Positions 31,018-40,296 of a DNA stretch of 64,000 nucleotides are shown in pieces. Source of the DNA: Candidatus Melainabacteria bacterium 17Bon1m (GTDB taxonomy: Bacteria; Cyanobacteriota; Vampirovibrionia; Obscuribacterales; Obscuribacteraceae); the NCBI GenBank assembly GCA_032128875.1, contig JAVLKG010000018.1, positions 1 through 64,000 on the forward strand, read 5' to 3'. Under the pieces are notes generated by a model that saw only the letters and a program-made list of their open reading frames with translations, did not search any database and was not told the origin of the DNA. Position 1 is the first letter of the stretch. Each line of letters opens with the position of its first letter. The translations under genes were made by a program, and so were the position numbers.

Positions 31018-31227
31018 ATGAAAATCGCAATCGCTATTCTCGTGGTCTTTGCTGTGTTCGCCGCCGTTTTCTGTGCTTATACGCGCGTCCTCGCGCTCAT
31101 GGAATGCACGGGCGGTGACATCAGCGAGGAGATGGAAGAACAATTCCTTGTCGAAGACCAAATGGGTGCAAGCGCGCCTGAAGCAGCCGGCGGCAGTATC
31201 GCTATCCAGTTAGAAGTCAAAGCCTGA
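31018..31227 (+). CDS. Small protein with N-terminal signal/TM segment
   Basis: AAAGGAG SD, MKIAIAILVVFAVFAAVF. Confidence 0.55.
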   Translation: MKIAIAILVVFAVFAAVFCAYTRVLALMECTGGDISEEMEEQFLVEDQMGASAPEAAGGSIAIQLEVKA

Positions 31228-31268
31228 CCAGTCGAGGGCGGCGGCCAATAGAGTAAAGGAGCAGAAAA

Positions 31269-31466
31269 ATGATCGTCTGTTCTTGCAATGTTTTGTCGGA
31301 CCAGGACATACTCGACGCCGTCGCCCGTGGTATCACATGGAAGCAGTTGGTCCGCAAGACCAAATTGTCTTCTACCTGCGGTCGATGCGCCGTGCATGCC
31401 CGGTCTATTTACGAGCGTGCGAAAGCCGGGACTTACCTGCCTCTCGTGCCTAAAAAGGAGAAGTAG
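31269..31466 (+). CDS. bfd: Bfd-like [2Fe-2S] ferredoxin
   Basis: MIVCSCN...CGRC, 65 aa, AAAGGAG SD. Confidence 0.85.
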   Translation: MIVCSCNVLSDQDILDAVARGITWKQLVRKTKLSSTCGRCAVHARSIYERAKAGTYLPLVPKKEK

Positions 31467-31748
31467 ATGATTACGAAAGAGCTTGTTTTCGCCAAAGGCG
31501 GGGCAACCACGCCGGCGCAGAGCTTGACTCTCGAGGCGGCTCGAGCCTTGCTTTCCGTCTGCTTGAGATTCGATTCTTACGTATTCATCAAGCCCGGCGA
31601 GATAACAGTCGAGAATCACACACTCGGCTGTTACACCGACTTTCGCGGCGAGCCCGCCGAAATTGCTCAGCTTGCTCTGGGCATGGAAGAACGGCTGCCT
31701 CCGGAAAATGCTCATTCGAATTGGCTCGATCGTCTGCGCAAGGAATAG
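31467..31748 (+). CDS. Hypothetical protein
   Basis: Abuts the bfd stop; AAGGAG SD. Confidence 0.65.
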   Translation: MITKELVFAKGGATTPAQSLTLEAARALLSVCLRFDSYVFIKPGEITVENHTLGCYTDFRGEPAEIAQLALGMEERLPPENAHSNWLDRLRKE

Positions 31749-31777
31749 TGAAGCGCATTCTTTGAAGGAGAAAAACT

Positions 31778-32290
31778 ATGAAGAGTGCCAATTTAGACTT
31801 GCTCATGAACGGCTTCACGATCAGGTCGATGGTGCCGGACGACATCATCGAGGTGAAAGCTCTGGTCGCCACCACGCCCGGGCTCGCCCTCTGGGACTGG
31901 GAGACGGATGAAAATCTGGCTCGCAGCCTCCGGCGCAATCCCGGGCTCGCGCAGGTTGCCCTGGATTGGAAGACTCGCAAGGGGCGGCCGGAAATCGTTG
32001 GCGCGGTTCTGATCGCAGAGGGGCCTATGTCCATGGTCCACCACTTGGCGGTCAAGCCGGAAGTTCGAGGACACGGGCTCGGAACTCACATTGTCCGAGC
32101 TGGGCTGAAACGCCTCTTCCAAGTGGAAGATGCCGCGCGCAGGGTTTACATAACAACTCTCAGGGACAATCTTGGCGCTCAGCTCTTCTGGTCGAAATTC
32201 GGAGCTGAGAAGCAGGCGCACGGTGATCTCTGTCTTTTCACCCTCAACCTGAATGACGCGGAGCACCGCATCTGGTTGCAGGACCACTGA
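31778..32290 (+). CDS. GNAT-family acetyltransferase
   Basis: HLAVKPEVRGHGLG acetyl-CoA motif, N..AQLFWSKFG. Confidence 0.88.
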   Translation: MKSANLDLLMNGFTIRSMVPDDIIEVKALVATTPGLALWDWETDENLARSLRRNPGLAQVALDWKTRKGRPEIVGAVLIAEGPMSMVHHLAVKPEVRGHGLGTHIVRAGLKRLFQVEDAARRVYITTLRDNLGAQLFWSKFGAEKQAHGDLCLFTLNLNDAEHRIWLQDH

Positions 32291-32356
32291 GGCGACCTCA
32301 TGAAAAAACGGTGGCGAGAAATTTCTTGCCACCCCAAACATTTGAAAGGACTCGAC

Positions 32357-33985
32357 ATGAACAAATACAGAGGCGCTGCTCTTGCGGTGCTCGCCATTGC
32401 GGCCCTATCCGCCGCCGGATTCAGCTACCGAAACTCGACTCTGCGCGTGAAGGAGGAGAATGCTGCGCGCATCCGGTCGACGCTGCCGAAAGATATTTTG
32501 GCGCGGCTGGAGAAGCTCGACCTCGAGACGCGCGAGAAGTTGCTTGGCGACGAGTACTTCCGATTCGCCATCGGGCAGGTGCCGGAGGCTATGCGCCCAC
32601 GCTACCTGGAATACTGGCTGAAGGGGCTGGAGGACAATTTCTGCCGCGAGATTCTCTACGAAGCGGCTAGCCGCGCTTACGACGTCGAGGGCGTCGGCAA
32701 GCTCGATCTGCCGAATGCGCAGGCCGGCTGCCCGAAGGGGGTTTCCGTCGAAAAGACGAGAGAATACGTGAACGGTCGTTTAAAAGCTGTTTTCGATGAT
32801 CCGTTCACCTTCGTGATGGAGCCAGCTGCCGGTCGGCAGCTGATCACCAGGCTGTCCGGCAAAGAGAAGCTCGACGGTGGCGTCGGTCTTGTTTTCACCA
32901 ACGTTTTGGACTCCGAACAGACGCTCATTCCGGGTGCTGGAGCCAAAACTACGGCGAAGTTCACTGGGCTGGTCTATCATGCGGTCAAATCCGGGCCTTC
33001 CCGTGCCGCCGGCATTCAGGACGGTGACAAGGTGCTCAAGGTGGATGGCAAGGACGTAATCGGGCTCGATTCCGACTACGTTATCGAGGGTTTGTTGCGT
33101 GGTCCGAAGGGTTCTTCCGTCACTCTCACTGTCGATCGTGGCGGCACTGTCTTCGAGACCAAAATCGTGCGTGCCGAAATTCATCCCGATTCGGTGTGGT
33201 TGCGGGATCTCGGTGGCGGCATGTTCGCCATCATCGCAACCCAGTGGGACAACGGCTCGGCCGGCAACATTTATGCCGCGGTCTTGCAGGCAAAGGCTGC
33301 CGGTGCCACGGGTATTGTCGTGGACGTGCGCAACAATGTCGGTGGCAACTTCCTCCAGGCTGTCGCTGCAGCTGCGATATTTGTCAAGGACGGACTGCTG
33401 GTCTCGACGCGTGAGCGTGAGCTTGTCGACGGTCATCCGGAATCCAAGCACTTTCACCTGAATCGCTACGAGATGCGCAATGGCCGTCTCTGGATGGTCT
33501 CCAAGGATGAGGACACAGGCAAGGTCGTGGAGCAGGAGGTGTCCATCCAGATGGTTGAGAAGGACCCGTCAACCGGCAAGGCTCGGGTCGTCGACAACAA
33601 CGAGCTCTATATTCAGGGTCTGCCACCGGTGGTGGTGATGGGCAACGGCTGGAGCGCGTCGGCCTCCGAGGTCTTCATCGGCTCGGTCAGCAAGAACCGC
33701 GTGGGCAAGGGGGGCGAGCGTCAAGGCGCCGGCTTCGTCGGCACGGAAACGGCCGGTAAGGGCATCGAGCAAGAAAACACTCCGTTGGCGCTCGGAATGC
33801 GCTTTTCCGTGACCTTCGGACGCTATTTCTTGAATGACGGTTCATGGCCGGGCGACGCGCATCGCATCCGCAATCCGATCGTGCCCGACCTGGCAGTTGC
33901 GCTGCCGGAGAGGGCCATCATTTACACCCCTGACGACAGCCAGCTCAATGCGGCTGTTCATTCGCTGAGAAGCACCGGCAAGTGA
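32357..33985 (+). CDS. S41 (CtpA/Prc-like) C-terminal processing peptidase with PDZ domain
   Basis: Signal/TM N-terminus, PDZ (AGIQDGDKVLKVDG, LRGPKGSSVTL), DVRNNVGG, SASASE, GKG. Confidence 0.9.
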   Translation: MNKYRGAALAVLAIAALSAAGFSYRNSTLRVKEENAARIRSTLPKDILARLEKLDLETREKLLGDEYFRFAIGQVPEAMRPRYLEYWLKGLEDNFCREILYEAASRAYDVEGVGKLDLPNAQAGCPKGVSVEKTREYVNGRLKAVFDDPFTFVMEPAAGRQLITRLSGKEKLDGGVGLVFTNVLDSEQTLIPGAGAKTTAKFTGLVYHAVKSGPSRAAGIQDGDKVLKVDGKDVIGLDSDYVIEGLLRGPKGSSVTLTVDRGGTVFETKIVRAEIHPDSVWLRDLGGGMFAIIATQWDNGSAGNIYAAVLQAKAAGATGIVVDVRNNVGGNFLQAVAAAAIFVKDGLLVSTRERELVDGHPESKHFHLNRYEMRNGRLWMVSKDEDTGKVVEQEVSIQMVEKDPSTGKARVVDNNELYIQGLPPVVVMGNGWSASASEVFIGSVSKNRVGKGGERQGAGFVGTETAGKGIEQENTPLALGMRFSVTFGRYFLNDGSWPGDAHRIRNPIVPDLAVALPERAIIYTPDDSQLNAAVHSLRSTGK

Positions 33986-34049
33986 CAGTAACTGCCCGCG
34001 GTGGCGCAAAAGAGCGCTGCGGGCAGCCATTTGTCTGAAAGGAAAGCTG

Positions 34050-34226
34050 ATGAAAAACGTCGATGTAACCTTGCTTGCTCGCTACGGCATTGTTGAGAAG
34101 CCACGCAGCGCGGAGGAATCGATAACTGTTCAGGAGCCCGGCAAGCTCGCCGCCGGCGAAGGTCTGGAAGTTCTCGAATTCGCCGAGTTCGTCGTCGCTG
34201 AGCGCTTTGGCGCTGACAGCAATTGA
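34050..34226 (+). CDS. Small protein (58 aa), not in the ORF track
   Basis: AAAGGAAAG SD; translates as MKNVDVTLLARYGIVEKPR...FGADSN and fills the gap between co-directional genes. Confidence 0.55.
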   Translation: MKNVDVTLLARYGIVEKPRSAEESITVQEPGKLAAGEGLEVLEFAEFVVAERFGADSN

Positions 34227-34241
34227 TCAAAGGAGAAGAAG

Positions 34242-34502
34242 ATGGGTGTCATCATTCCCGATCCGGAGGACGTCAATGCCTCTAACAGCGCGCTTAGCGC
34301 TGAAATCGTTGCCGCTATGTTCGACCGTCCCGGCTATTCACCGGCGATTCGCCAGGCGACCAGAGAGTGGATCGCCGAGCAGCGCAAGAACGGCTACAAG
34401 GATGCGCCGCCCCAGTCCTCAGGACAGGAGTGGCCGCTCATCGCCTTCATCGCTCTCGTGCTTGGTCTGGCAATCTGCAGTCTGGCGGCCTTCGGCGCCT
34501 GA
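34242..34502 (+). CDS. Small protein with C-terminal TM
   Basis: AAAGGAG SD; C-terminal WPLIAFIALVLGLAICSLAAFGA. Confidence 0.65.
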   Translation: MGVIIPDPEDVNASNSALSAEIVAAMFDRPGYSPAIRQATREWIAEQRKNGYKDAPPQSSGQEWPLIAFIALVLGLAICSLAAFGA

Positions 34503-34523
34503 GCAAAGGAAAGGGCAAAACGA

Positions 34524-34763
34524 ATGCTGGTAACGGCAATTTCTGCGTGGCTCATCGCTATGTTTTTCTGGGGAGCTGCTTGCTGCAAGATGACCAAACT
34601 TGACGCGTACTAGCGCGCGCCCAATCCTGAAGCACGTCGACAGGCTGCCAGCCAGCCCGGCTTCTGGCTGCCCGAGTATATCCTGCTCCTGCTGGCTTTG
34701 CCTTGTGGCATCAGCCTATCCACTGCGCTTGTATCGACTCTTCGTCTGAGCGGACATCTCTAG
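34524..34763 (+). pseudogene. Two-TM ORF interrupted by an in-frame TAG
   Basis: SD plus ATG 34524, first TM, TAG at 34611, then the same frame continues through a second TM (YILLLLALPCGISL) to TAG 34761. Confidence 0.4.
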
Positions 34764-34887
34764 ATGGAGGCCCGTCCGCGCTCTTTGCTCGACTAGTCGA
34801 ACGTTTGGAATGCATCAACGGGCGGGCCTTATCACCCGCCTGCGAACACACTTGGGCTGATTGCCCATTGAGAGAAAGGAAACCAAC

Positions 34888-35562
34888 ATGCGAAACGACC
34901 AATTTGGACTTTCGATCGTCACGCACGGTCGCGAACTTCCCATCATCGAGCACGGCGGCAAGCTTTATGTCGCTGCTCCCTGGAGTGAAAACTACCAGCT
35001 GCGTATCAGAGTGCCCAGTTATGGGCGTTATCTTGGAGTGTTGTCCGTTGACGGACTGGACGTCATGACCGGAAGAACCGCCTCTGTCGATGCTGACGGT
35101 TATGTCTTCCGTGGTCCAGTCTGCTCGCCCGCCAACGACATTCCGGGCTTTCGTCTGAACGACCGGCAAGTTGCCGCCTTCCGGTTCGGCGATCGCAGAG
35201 ACAGCTATGCCGCTTATCTGGACAAGCCCACCAATGTCGGTGTAATTGCGGCGGTCTTTTACGAGGAGCGGCCTGTACCCATTCCACTGCAGGTCCATGT
35301 TCGTCGCGGCGACGGGGGCGGCGCGGTGACCAAGGGGCGTGGACACGACATGGGCACCGCTTTCGGGCATCGTATGGATCATCATGTCTCTACCACGGAG
35401 TTTATTCGAGGGCGGGAAGTCGCGCGCATCGTCATCGAGTACGCCTCGAAGGAGAGCTTGCAGAAAGCAGGAATTCCTGTCGAGGCGCCCTTGGGGCAGG
35501 TCGAACCTTTTCCGGCCGACCGTAGCTACGGTTGCGTTCCGCCGCGTAACTGGCGCGGCTAG
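34888..35562 (+). CDS. Conserved-looking hypothetical protein
   Basis: AAAGGAAA SD; VLSVDGLDVMTG, IPGFR, FRFG..SYA, NVGVIAAVFYEE blocks. Confidence 0.8.
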   Translation: MRNDQFGLSIVTHGRELPIIEHGGKLYVAAPWSENYQLRIRVPSYGRYLGVLSVDGLDVMTGRTASVDADGYVFRGPVCSPANDIPGFRLNDRQVAAFRFGDRRDSYAAYLDKPTNVGVIAAVFYEERPVPIPLQVHVRRGDGGGAVTKGRGHDMGTAFGHRMDHHVSTTEFIRGREVARIVIEYASKESLQKAGIPVEAPLGQVEPFPADRSYGCVPPRNWRG

Positions 35563-35657
35563 CCGCGTCTTCGCTCAAACGTGACAGGCGGAAAAGCGTT
35601 GCTCCGAATGCGTTTTGTACGCGCCGGCAATGCTTTTCCGATAAGGAGATTACTGTT

Positions 35658-36737
35658 ATGTCTAACAACGAAGCACCCCGTTCCGGCAATGATGGAGCGG
35701 GATTTCACATCGTAGCAGGCTCCGGAGGATGCCGGGCGATGTTGGCAACAATTGGAATGCTGCTTGCCCTCTTCTGGTTCGGCATTCGCAAAATCAAATC
35801 CGCCGGTGGTATTAGCGGCGGTGCTATTCCCATGGTTTTTCTGTCTGCAGGTTTTGATGTCAGACAGATACTCAAGCTGGCTGTCGAGCTCGATTTCCAG
35901 AGTCTGCTCGATTTCGGCGAAAAGATCGCCTGGGTCTTGATCGAACACTATTCGGGCACGCGCCGAAAAGGTGATCCGCCCGCCAAAGGCACGTTCAAGA
36001 TGAACAGGTTCGAATCCTGGCTGCACGAAAAGCTGGGAGAGGGGTGGCCTAAGCATCTGGAATACTGGACTATGGCGACCGACGTCAGGGGCGCGCAAAT
36101 TTTGCTCACGGGCGGAGGTGTTTTTCGCCGGGAGGAAGGCGGGCAATTCGTTCGCATTGCGTCCGTCCAACCGCCTCTGGGCAAGTCCATCTGTGCTACT
36201 TGCACGGTGCCGGGCGTCTTCATGCCGGTCGATCTTCCACTCGATGACGGCTCCTCCCTCAAAGTCTGGGACGGCGCCTTGAGCTGGGAGTCCATGCGTC
36301 CGGCTTCGCTTGTCGAGGAGTTTTACAACGCGAGTCCTGGCGAGATTATTCTCTGCGACGTCGGCGTCGAACTCAATCGCTTCGATCGCTATGCCAACCA
36401 CATCTGGAAGCTCATCTGCGGAGGGCGTTGCGTGCCGCCTCGCGGCAAAAGAAGTGTTAACGAGGACAAGATGCTGGTCATCCAGCCGGCTGTCATGTCC
36501 GTGCGCACCTTCGAATTCGCCGCCCACTCGGATAAGAAGTGGCTGGCGATCATGGAAGGATTCGCAGCTACGGTCGATGCTCTCAACAAGGGATACAGGC
36601 TCACCGATGCTCAGTATCTCGAGGGGCGGGCTCTGCTGGACGAATTCAATCAGCTGGTTCGCGACTATAAGGATGCCGCGCCCGGTACGGTTTCGAAGAA
36701 AACCGAATACCTGCTCACTGCATACGGCGTCATCTGA
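35658..36737 (+). CDS. Patatin-like phospholipase
   Basis: Gly-rich GSGGCR, nucleophile GISGG, DGA acid motif. Confidence 0.85.
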   Translation: MSNNEAPRSGNDGAGFHIVAGSGGCRAMLATIGMLLALFWFGIRKIKSAGGISGGAIPMVFLSAGFDVRQILKLAVELDFQSLLDFGEKIAWVLIEHYSGTRRKGDPPAKGTFKMNRFESWLHEKLGEGWPKHLEYWTMATDVRGAQILLTGGGVFRREEGGQFVRIASVQPPLGKSICATCTVPGVFMPVDLPLDDGSSLKVWDGALSWESMRPASLVEEFYNASPGEIILCDVGVELNRFDRYANHIWKLICGGRCVPPRGKRSVNEDKMLVIQPAVMSVRTFEFAAHSDKKWLAIMEGFAATVDALNKGYRLTDAQYLEGRALLDEFNQLVRDYKDAAPGTVSKKTEYLLTAYGVI

Positions 36738-36812
36738 CGTCAAGTGCGCAATCGCAAAAGAAGTCCAACTGGCAGGGGGATACTCCTCCTGCCATTTCGA
36801 TTAGGAGGACGA

Positions 36813-38849
36813 ATGACTACTCAAGAAACAAACAAAGGCGGCAAAGGCAATGACGACACGCTGCTGACAGACACGCTGGTGAAGACCGGCGCCGGAGCCG
36901 ACGAAATTGCCGAGACCCTCAAGGTCGATAAGGCGATGCAGTCCAGCCATAAGGGAAAGCTTCCGGGCGCCATAGCTTCTGCGCTGCTTTCGCGCGATCT
37001 TCCTTTCTACCTCTTCCGCCGCATCGACCGGAGCATGCCTGAATCCGTCGACGCCGTGCGTAAGGAATGTGTCCGAATCGGGCAGGATTACCTCGCCGCC
37101 GGCGAGTTGCTGTCCGAGAATGGCAAATTCAATCCGAAGCTGGAAGAAGAGCTGACACGCGCTCTTTTTTACGCGCTGACCATTCCCCAGGAGCAGACCG
37201 GCGTCGGCGCCAAGATGTCGGACGTGGCCAAGATCATGCTTGAGATTGGTCGCAAGGTAAGCCCGATCATTCCTGGCACTCTCTCGATCAAGACTCTCAT
37301 CGGTCCTGTGGGCGCGCTCAAGAATTTCGGCAATGCCGAGCAGAAGGAACGCTTCCTTCGCTACATGGCTCAAGTCGCGTTCCAGGGTTGCTTCGCCGCG
37401 ACCGAGCCGGGGCGTGGCTGTGCTGTTGCTGACCCCACCACATATGGTGTCATCGGCGACGACGGCATGCTGAGGATATACGGGGAGAAGCTCTTCATCT
37501 CGCGGGGAGTTTATGGCGCCAAGCTCGGTCTTTTCCTAAAGGTCGGCAATGAGCGCAAAGTGGTGATTGTCGAGCTGCCCGAGGCAGCCACCGAATCTTT
37601 CCACATTGAAGAGTACGACATGCTCGTGCTCAAACCAGCGCTCGACAACAACAAGTTGGTGTTCAACGGACTGCCTGTGCCGGTCGAGAATATCATCCCC
37701 GGCGATGGGCTCGAGGCGATTTTCCACGATCTCGACGACGGGCGCTGGGCGGTCGGCGTCAGTGCCACCGTGCTGATGATGGCTGTTCTGGCCAGCCTGC
37801 CGGAATGGGTCTCGGTGCGCGAGACGTTCAAGAAGCCGCTGCATCAGCGTCAGATGATTCAGTATTTGATGTCCCTGATTGCTGCTTACAGCGCCGGTGC
37901 CGAAGCGTTGACGCTCTGGGCGGCCGATCAAGTCGATCAGGGTCGCTCAGCGGCGATCGAGGCAATGATCAGCAAGACCTGGTCCACCGAGCGGCTTCGC
38001 GAAGTGATGACCGAGCTGGCTCCGGACGTGCAGGGCGGTCGGACATTCGAAGCCAATAACGTGATTGGCAAGAATGCTATGAACGCTGCTGTTGCGCGTG
38101 TCTATGAAGGTCCCAACAAAATGTTGGGCATGGCCACGATGGGACTTCTTTCCAAGGTTTTCGAAGAAGCCGGCATGAAGAATTTCTATCTGGCTCTGAA
38201 AGACGCCGGCATCGACATGTTCGAGCTGACGCGCCTTTCCAACATCGCCAAGGCCCGCGTATTTTGGAAGCATCGTCGTGCTCTCTGGGCTGATCGTGCT
38301 CGGATAATTCCGGCTGTCCGGTTCGCTTATGGATGCAAACGCAGTCTCAAAAGCGGCAAGATCAGGGATTTTGCCGGTGAAGGCGAGCTGTTTGATTTCA
38401 ACTGGAAGCGGCTGCCCGACAAGCGTTTCCACGGACATCTCAAGTTTGCTGCCGAGCAATGGTTCAACTGGCGCTGGCGTCTCTTCAACTTGATGATGCA
38501 ATATGGAGCCAAGCTCATTGACGAGCAGATGATCATCGAGTATGAGGTCTATCGCCCGCTCACCCATATTGTGGTGATGCTCACCAGCATCGACGCTGCG
38601 ATCAATGCGCAGCAGCGCTCGGACTTCGCGCAGGTCGAGTGCTTCAATATACTCATCGAGGCGACGCGCGCCGAGTTGCTTGGCAATCGCCCGACCAGTC
38701 GCGAATTGCGCCAGGCAGTCGAGACTCTCTTCCCGCATATCATTGGCGGAAGGCTGCGTTGGCTGGAGGGGATTCCCGTCGCTTCCATCTTCCAGCCCTG
38801 GTGGAAGGAAGAGCGGCAAGAGGGTGGCTTCAAGGAAAACCTTCTCTAG
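36813..38849 (+). CDS. Acyl-CoA dehydrogenase family protein with C-terminal extension
   Basis: FGNAEQKERFL, FAATEPGRG, GEKLFIS, RETFKKPL, QGGR, VYEGPN. AGGAGG SD before ATG 36813. Confidence 0.88.
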   Translation: MTTQETNKGGKGNDDTLLTDTLVKTGAGADEIAETLKVDKAMQSSHKGKLPGAIASALLSRDLPFYLFRRIDRSMPESVDAVRKECVRIGQDYLAAGELLSENGKFNPKLEEELTRALFYALTIPQEQTGVGAKMSDVAKIMLEIGRKVSPIIPGTLSIKTLIGPVGALKNFGNAEQKERFLRYMAQVAFQGCFAATEPGRGCAVADPTTYGVIGDDGMLRIYGEKLFISRGVYGAKLGLFLKVGNERKVVIVELPEAATESFHIEEYDMLVLKPALDNNKLVFNGLPVPVENIIPGDGLEAIFHDLDDGRWAVGVSATVLMMAVLASLPEWVSVRETFKKPLHQRQMIQYLMSLIAAYSAGAEALTLWAADQVDQGRSAAIEAMISKTWSTERLREVMTELAPDVQGGRTFEANNVIGKNAMNAAVARVYEGPNKMLGMATMGLLSKVFEEAGMKNFYLALKDAGIDMFELTRLSNIAKARVFWKHRRALWADRARIIPAVRFAYGCKRSLKSGKIRDFAGEGELFDFNWKRLPDKRFHGHLKFAAEQWFNWRWRLFNLMMQYGAKLIDEQMIIEYEVYRPLTHIVVMLTSIDAAINAQQRSDFAQVECFNILIEATRAELLGNRPTSRELRQAVETLFPHIIGGRLRWLEGIPVASIFQPWWKEERQEGGFKENLL

Positions 38850-38945
38850 CCGTGCGTTTGCCTGCGCCCTCAAATGTTTTTTTGCGGCGCGCTTTCATCG
38901 GCTTGCTCCTTAGCAAGCGTCGATTCACCAACAAGGGAGTTCGAT

Positions 38946-39197
38946 ATGGATAAAGCAGGGCTTCTTCTGGCACTCTTCATCTGGGCGGTCAGCTGGGGGC
39001 TTTTCTTGTGGCTCTTGCTGCACTGAAGCAAATAGCCCTTGCGACTTAACACAATACCGCTTGCGTGGGCTTGGAATTCAATTTTGTCGGTCAGGCTGAT
39101 GGATTTCCTTCTCATCGGGCTGAAAGCCTTCCAGAGGGGCTTGCAGGACCCCTGGGAAGGCTCGGATTCTTCCTGTCTAGAGAGAAAGAGAAGTCAC
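38946..39197 (+). pseudogene. Eroded small membrane-protein gene
   Basis: AGGGAG SD, then MDKAGLLLALFIWAVSWGLFLWLLLH*SK*PLRLNTIPLAWAWNSILSVRLMDFLLIG in one frame with two stops. Confidence 0.3.
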
Positions 39198-39404
39198 ATG
39201 GACTCGATACTGCTATTCTTCCTTGTCGTCTTTGCGGCGGCAAGGAATTACATTTGGCACGCGTTGGCTCTGACAGTCTTGATCAGCGCTACTGTGGGAG
39301 TGTTCGGCGGTTCATGGATCGATGCGGCGAAAGTCTGCGTTCTCATTGCCGTGGTCCTCGCCTGCGCCGCTGGCCTTTTTGCCGTCAAGCTGATTCGAGG
39401 TTGA
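39198..39404 (+). CDS. Small multi-TM protein
   Basis: MDSILLFFLVVFAA...; highly hydrophobic, 68 aa. Confidence 0.6.
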   Translation: MDSILLFFLVVFAAARNYIWHALALTVLISATVGVFGGSWIDAAKVCVLIAVVLACAAGLFAVKLIRG

Positions 39405-39484
39405 AGCAGTTGAAGGTCTGGCGTGGACGCAGCTTTGCTGCGTCCACGTTTAAGAAGTCAACGCTGTGACGACGGAGTTAAGAC

Positions 39485-40249
39485 ATGAAAAGGTCAAAAA
39501 ATCCCCGCGCCCGGATCCAGACTGTGATCGAGAAAGCTAAGGCGCAGTCCTCGGAAAATAAACCGGAAGCGTTCAATACCTGGACTAGCGCGACTCTTCT
39601 CAGTTTGGAACTGGTCAGTCCCGACTTTTGTCTGACGCAATACTGTCTCAACAATGTCGGCAAATCCTTGGTCGATCAGGGTGACTATGAGCGCGCTATC
39701 GGCGTGCTGGAGCCCGCTCTCGAAAAGGCCCGTGAGGCTCTTGGCCTTGCTCATCCGCTGGTTGAGCATCCCTGCCAGTCTTTAGGACGTGCATATGACG
39801 CCGTCGGCGACTATGCAAAGTCTCTTCAGTATTGGGACGCGGCTGCGCATTCCGCGGAAAATACGCGCGGCATATACCACGCGTCGACAATATTCTGTCT
39901 CAGTAAGAAAGCGCGAGCGTTGCGCTCTCAAGGAATGTACGAAGAAGCTTTGACGGTCTATTGCAAAGTTTTGGGTCGAACGCAGTTCGTGTTTGGAAAC
40001 GAACTGCAAACAGCCTTTGCCGCCCGTGAACTGGCGGCATGCTATTGCCAGCTTGGACGCTTTCAAGAAGCGATACCGATCTGGCAACACGCAAGGCATT
40101 GTTTCGATGCGCACCCTCGCTATCACAGGTATGCGAAAACCGTGAAGCGATGCCTTTGCTGGTCTCGTGACCAGGTGGCGCAGAGCGGTCATGCCGGCTC
40201 GAACGCTGGCAGGACGGATGAAGTTGTTTCGGATGCTGAGGTGGTTTGA
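39485..40249 (+). CDS. TPR-repeat protein (kinesin-light-chain-like repeats)
   Basis: LNNVGKSLVDQGDYERA, LGLAHP, LGRAYDAVGDY, LAACYCQLGRFQEA. Confidence 0.8.
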   Translation: MKRSKNPRARIQTVIEKAKAQSSENKPEAFNTWTSATLLSLELVSPDFCLTQYCLNNVGKSLVDQGDYERAIGVLEPALEKAREALGLAHPLVEHPCQSLGRAYDAVGDYAKSLQYWDAAAHSAENTRGIYHASTIFCLSKKARALRSQGMYEEALTVYCKVLGRTQFVFGNELQTAFAARELAACYCQLGRFQEAIPIWQHARHCFDAHPRYHRYAKTVKRCLCWSRDQVAQSGHAGSNAGRTDEVVSDAEVV

Positions 40250-40296
40250 AAATCACTTGAGCTGCTGCGGCACTTCACCGCAAGAAAGGAAAAGGC

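Noticed and set aside
22398-31030. Long minus-strand ORFs (508 aa at 22398-23924, 669 aa at 29021-31030)
   Set aside because: Antisense shadows of the FtsH gene and the membrane-protein gene; no motifs of their own.
36008-36025. GGTTCGAATCC tRNA T-loop-like word
   Set aside because: Lies inside the patatin CDS with no cloverleaf.
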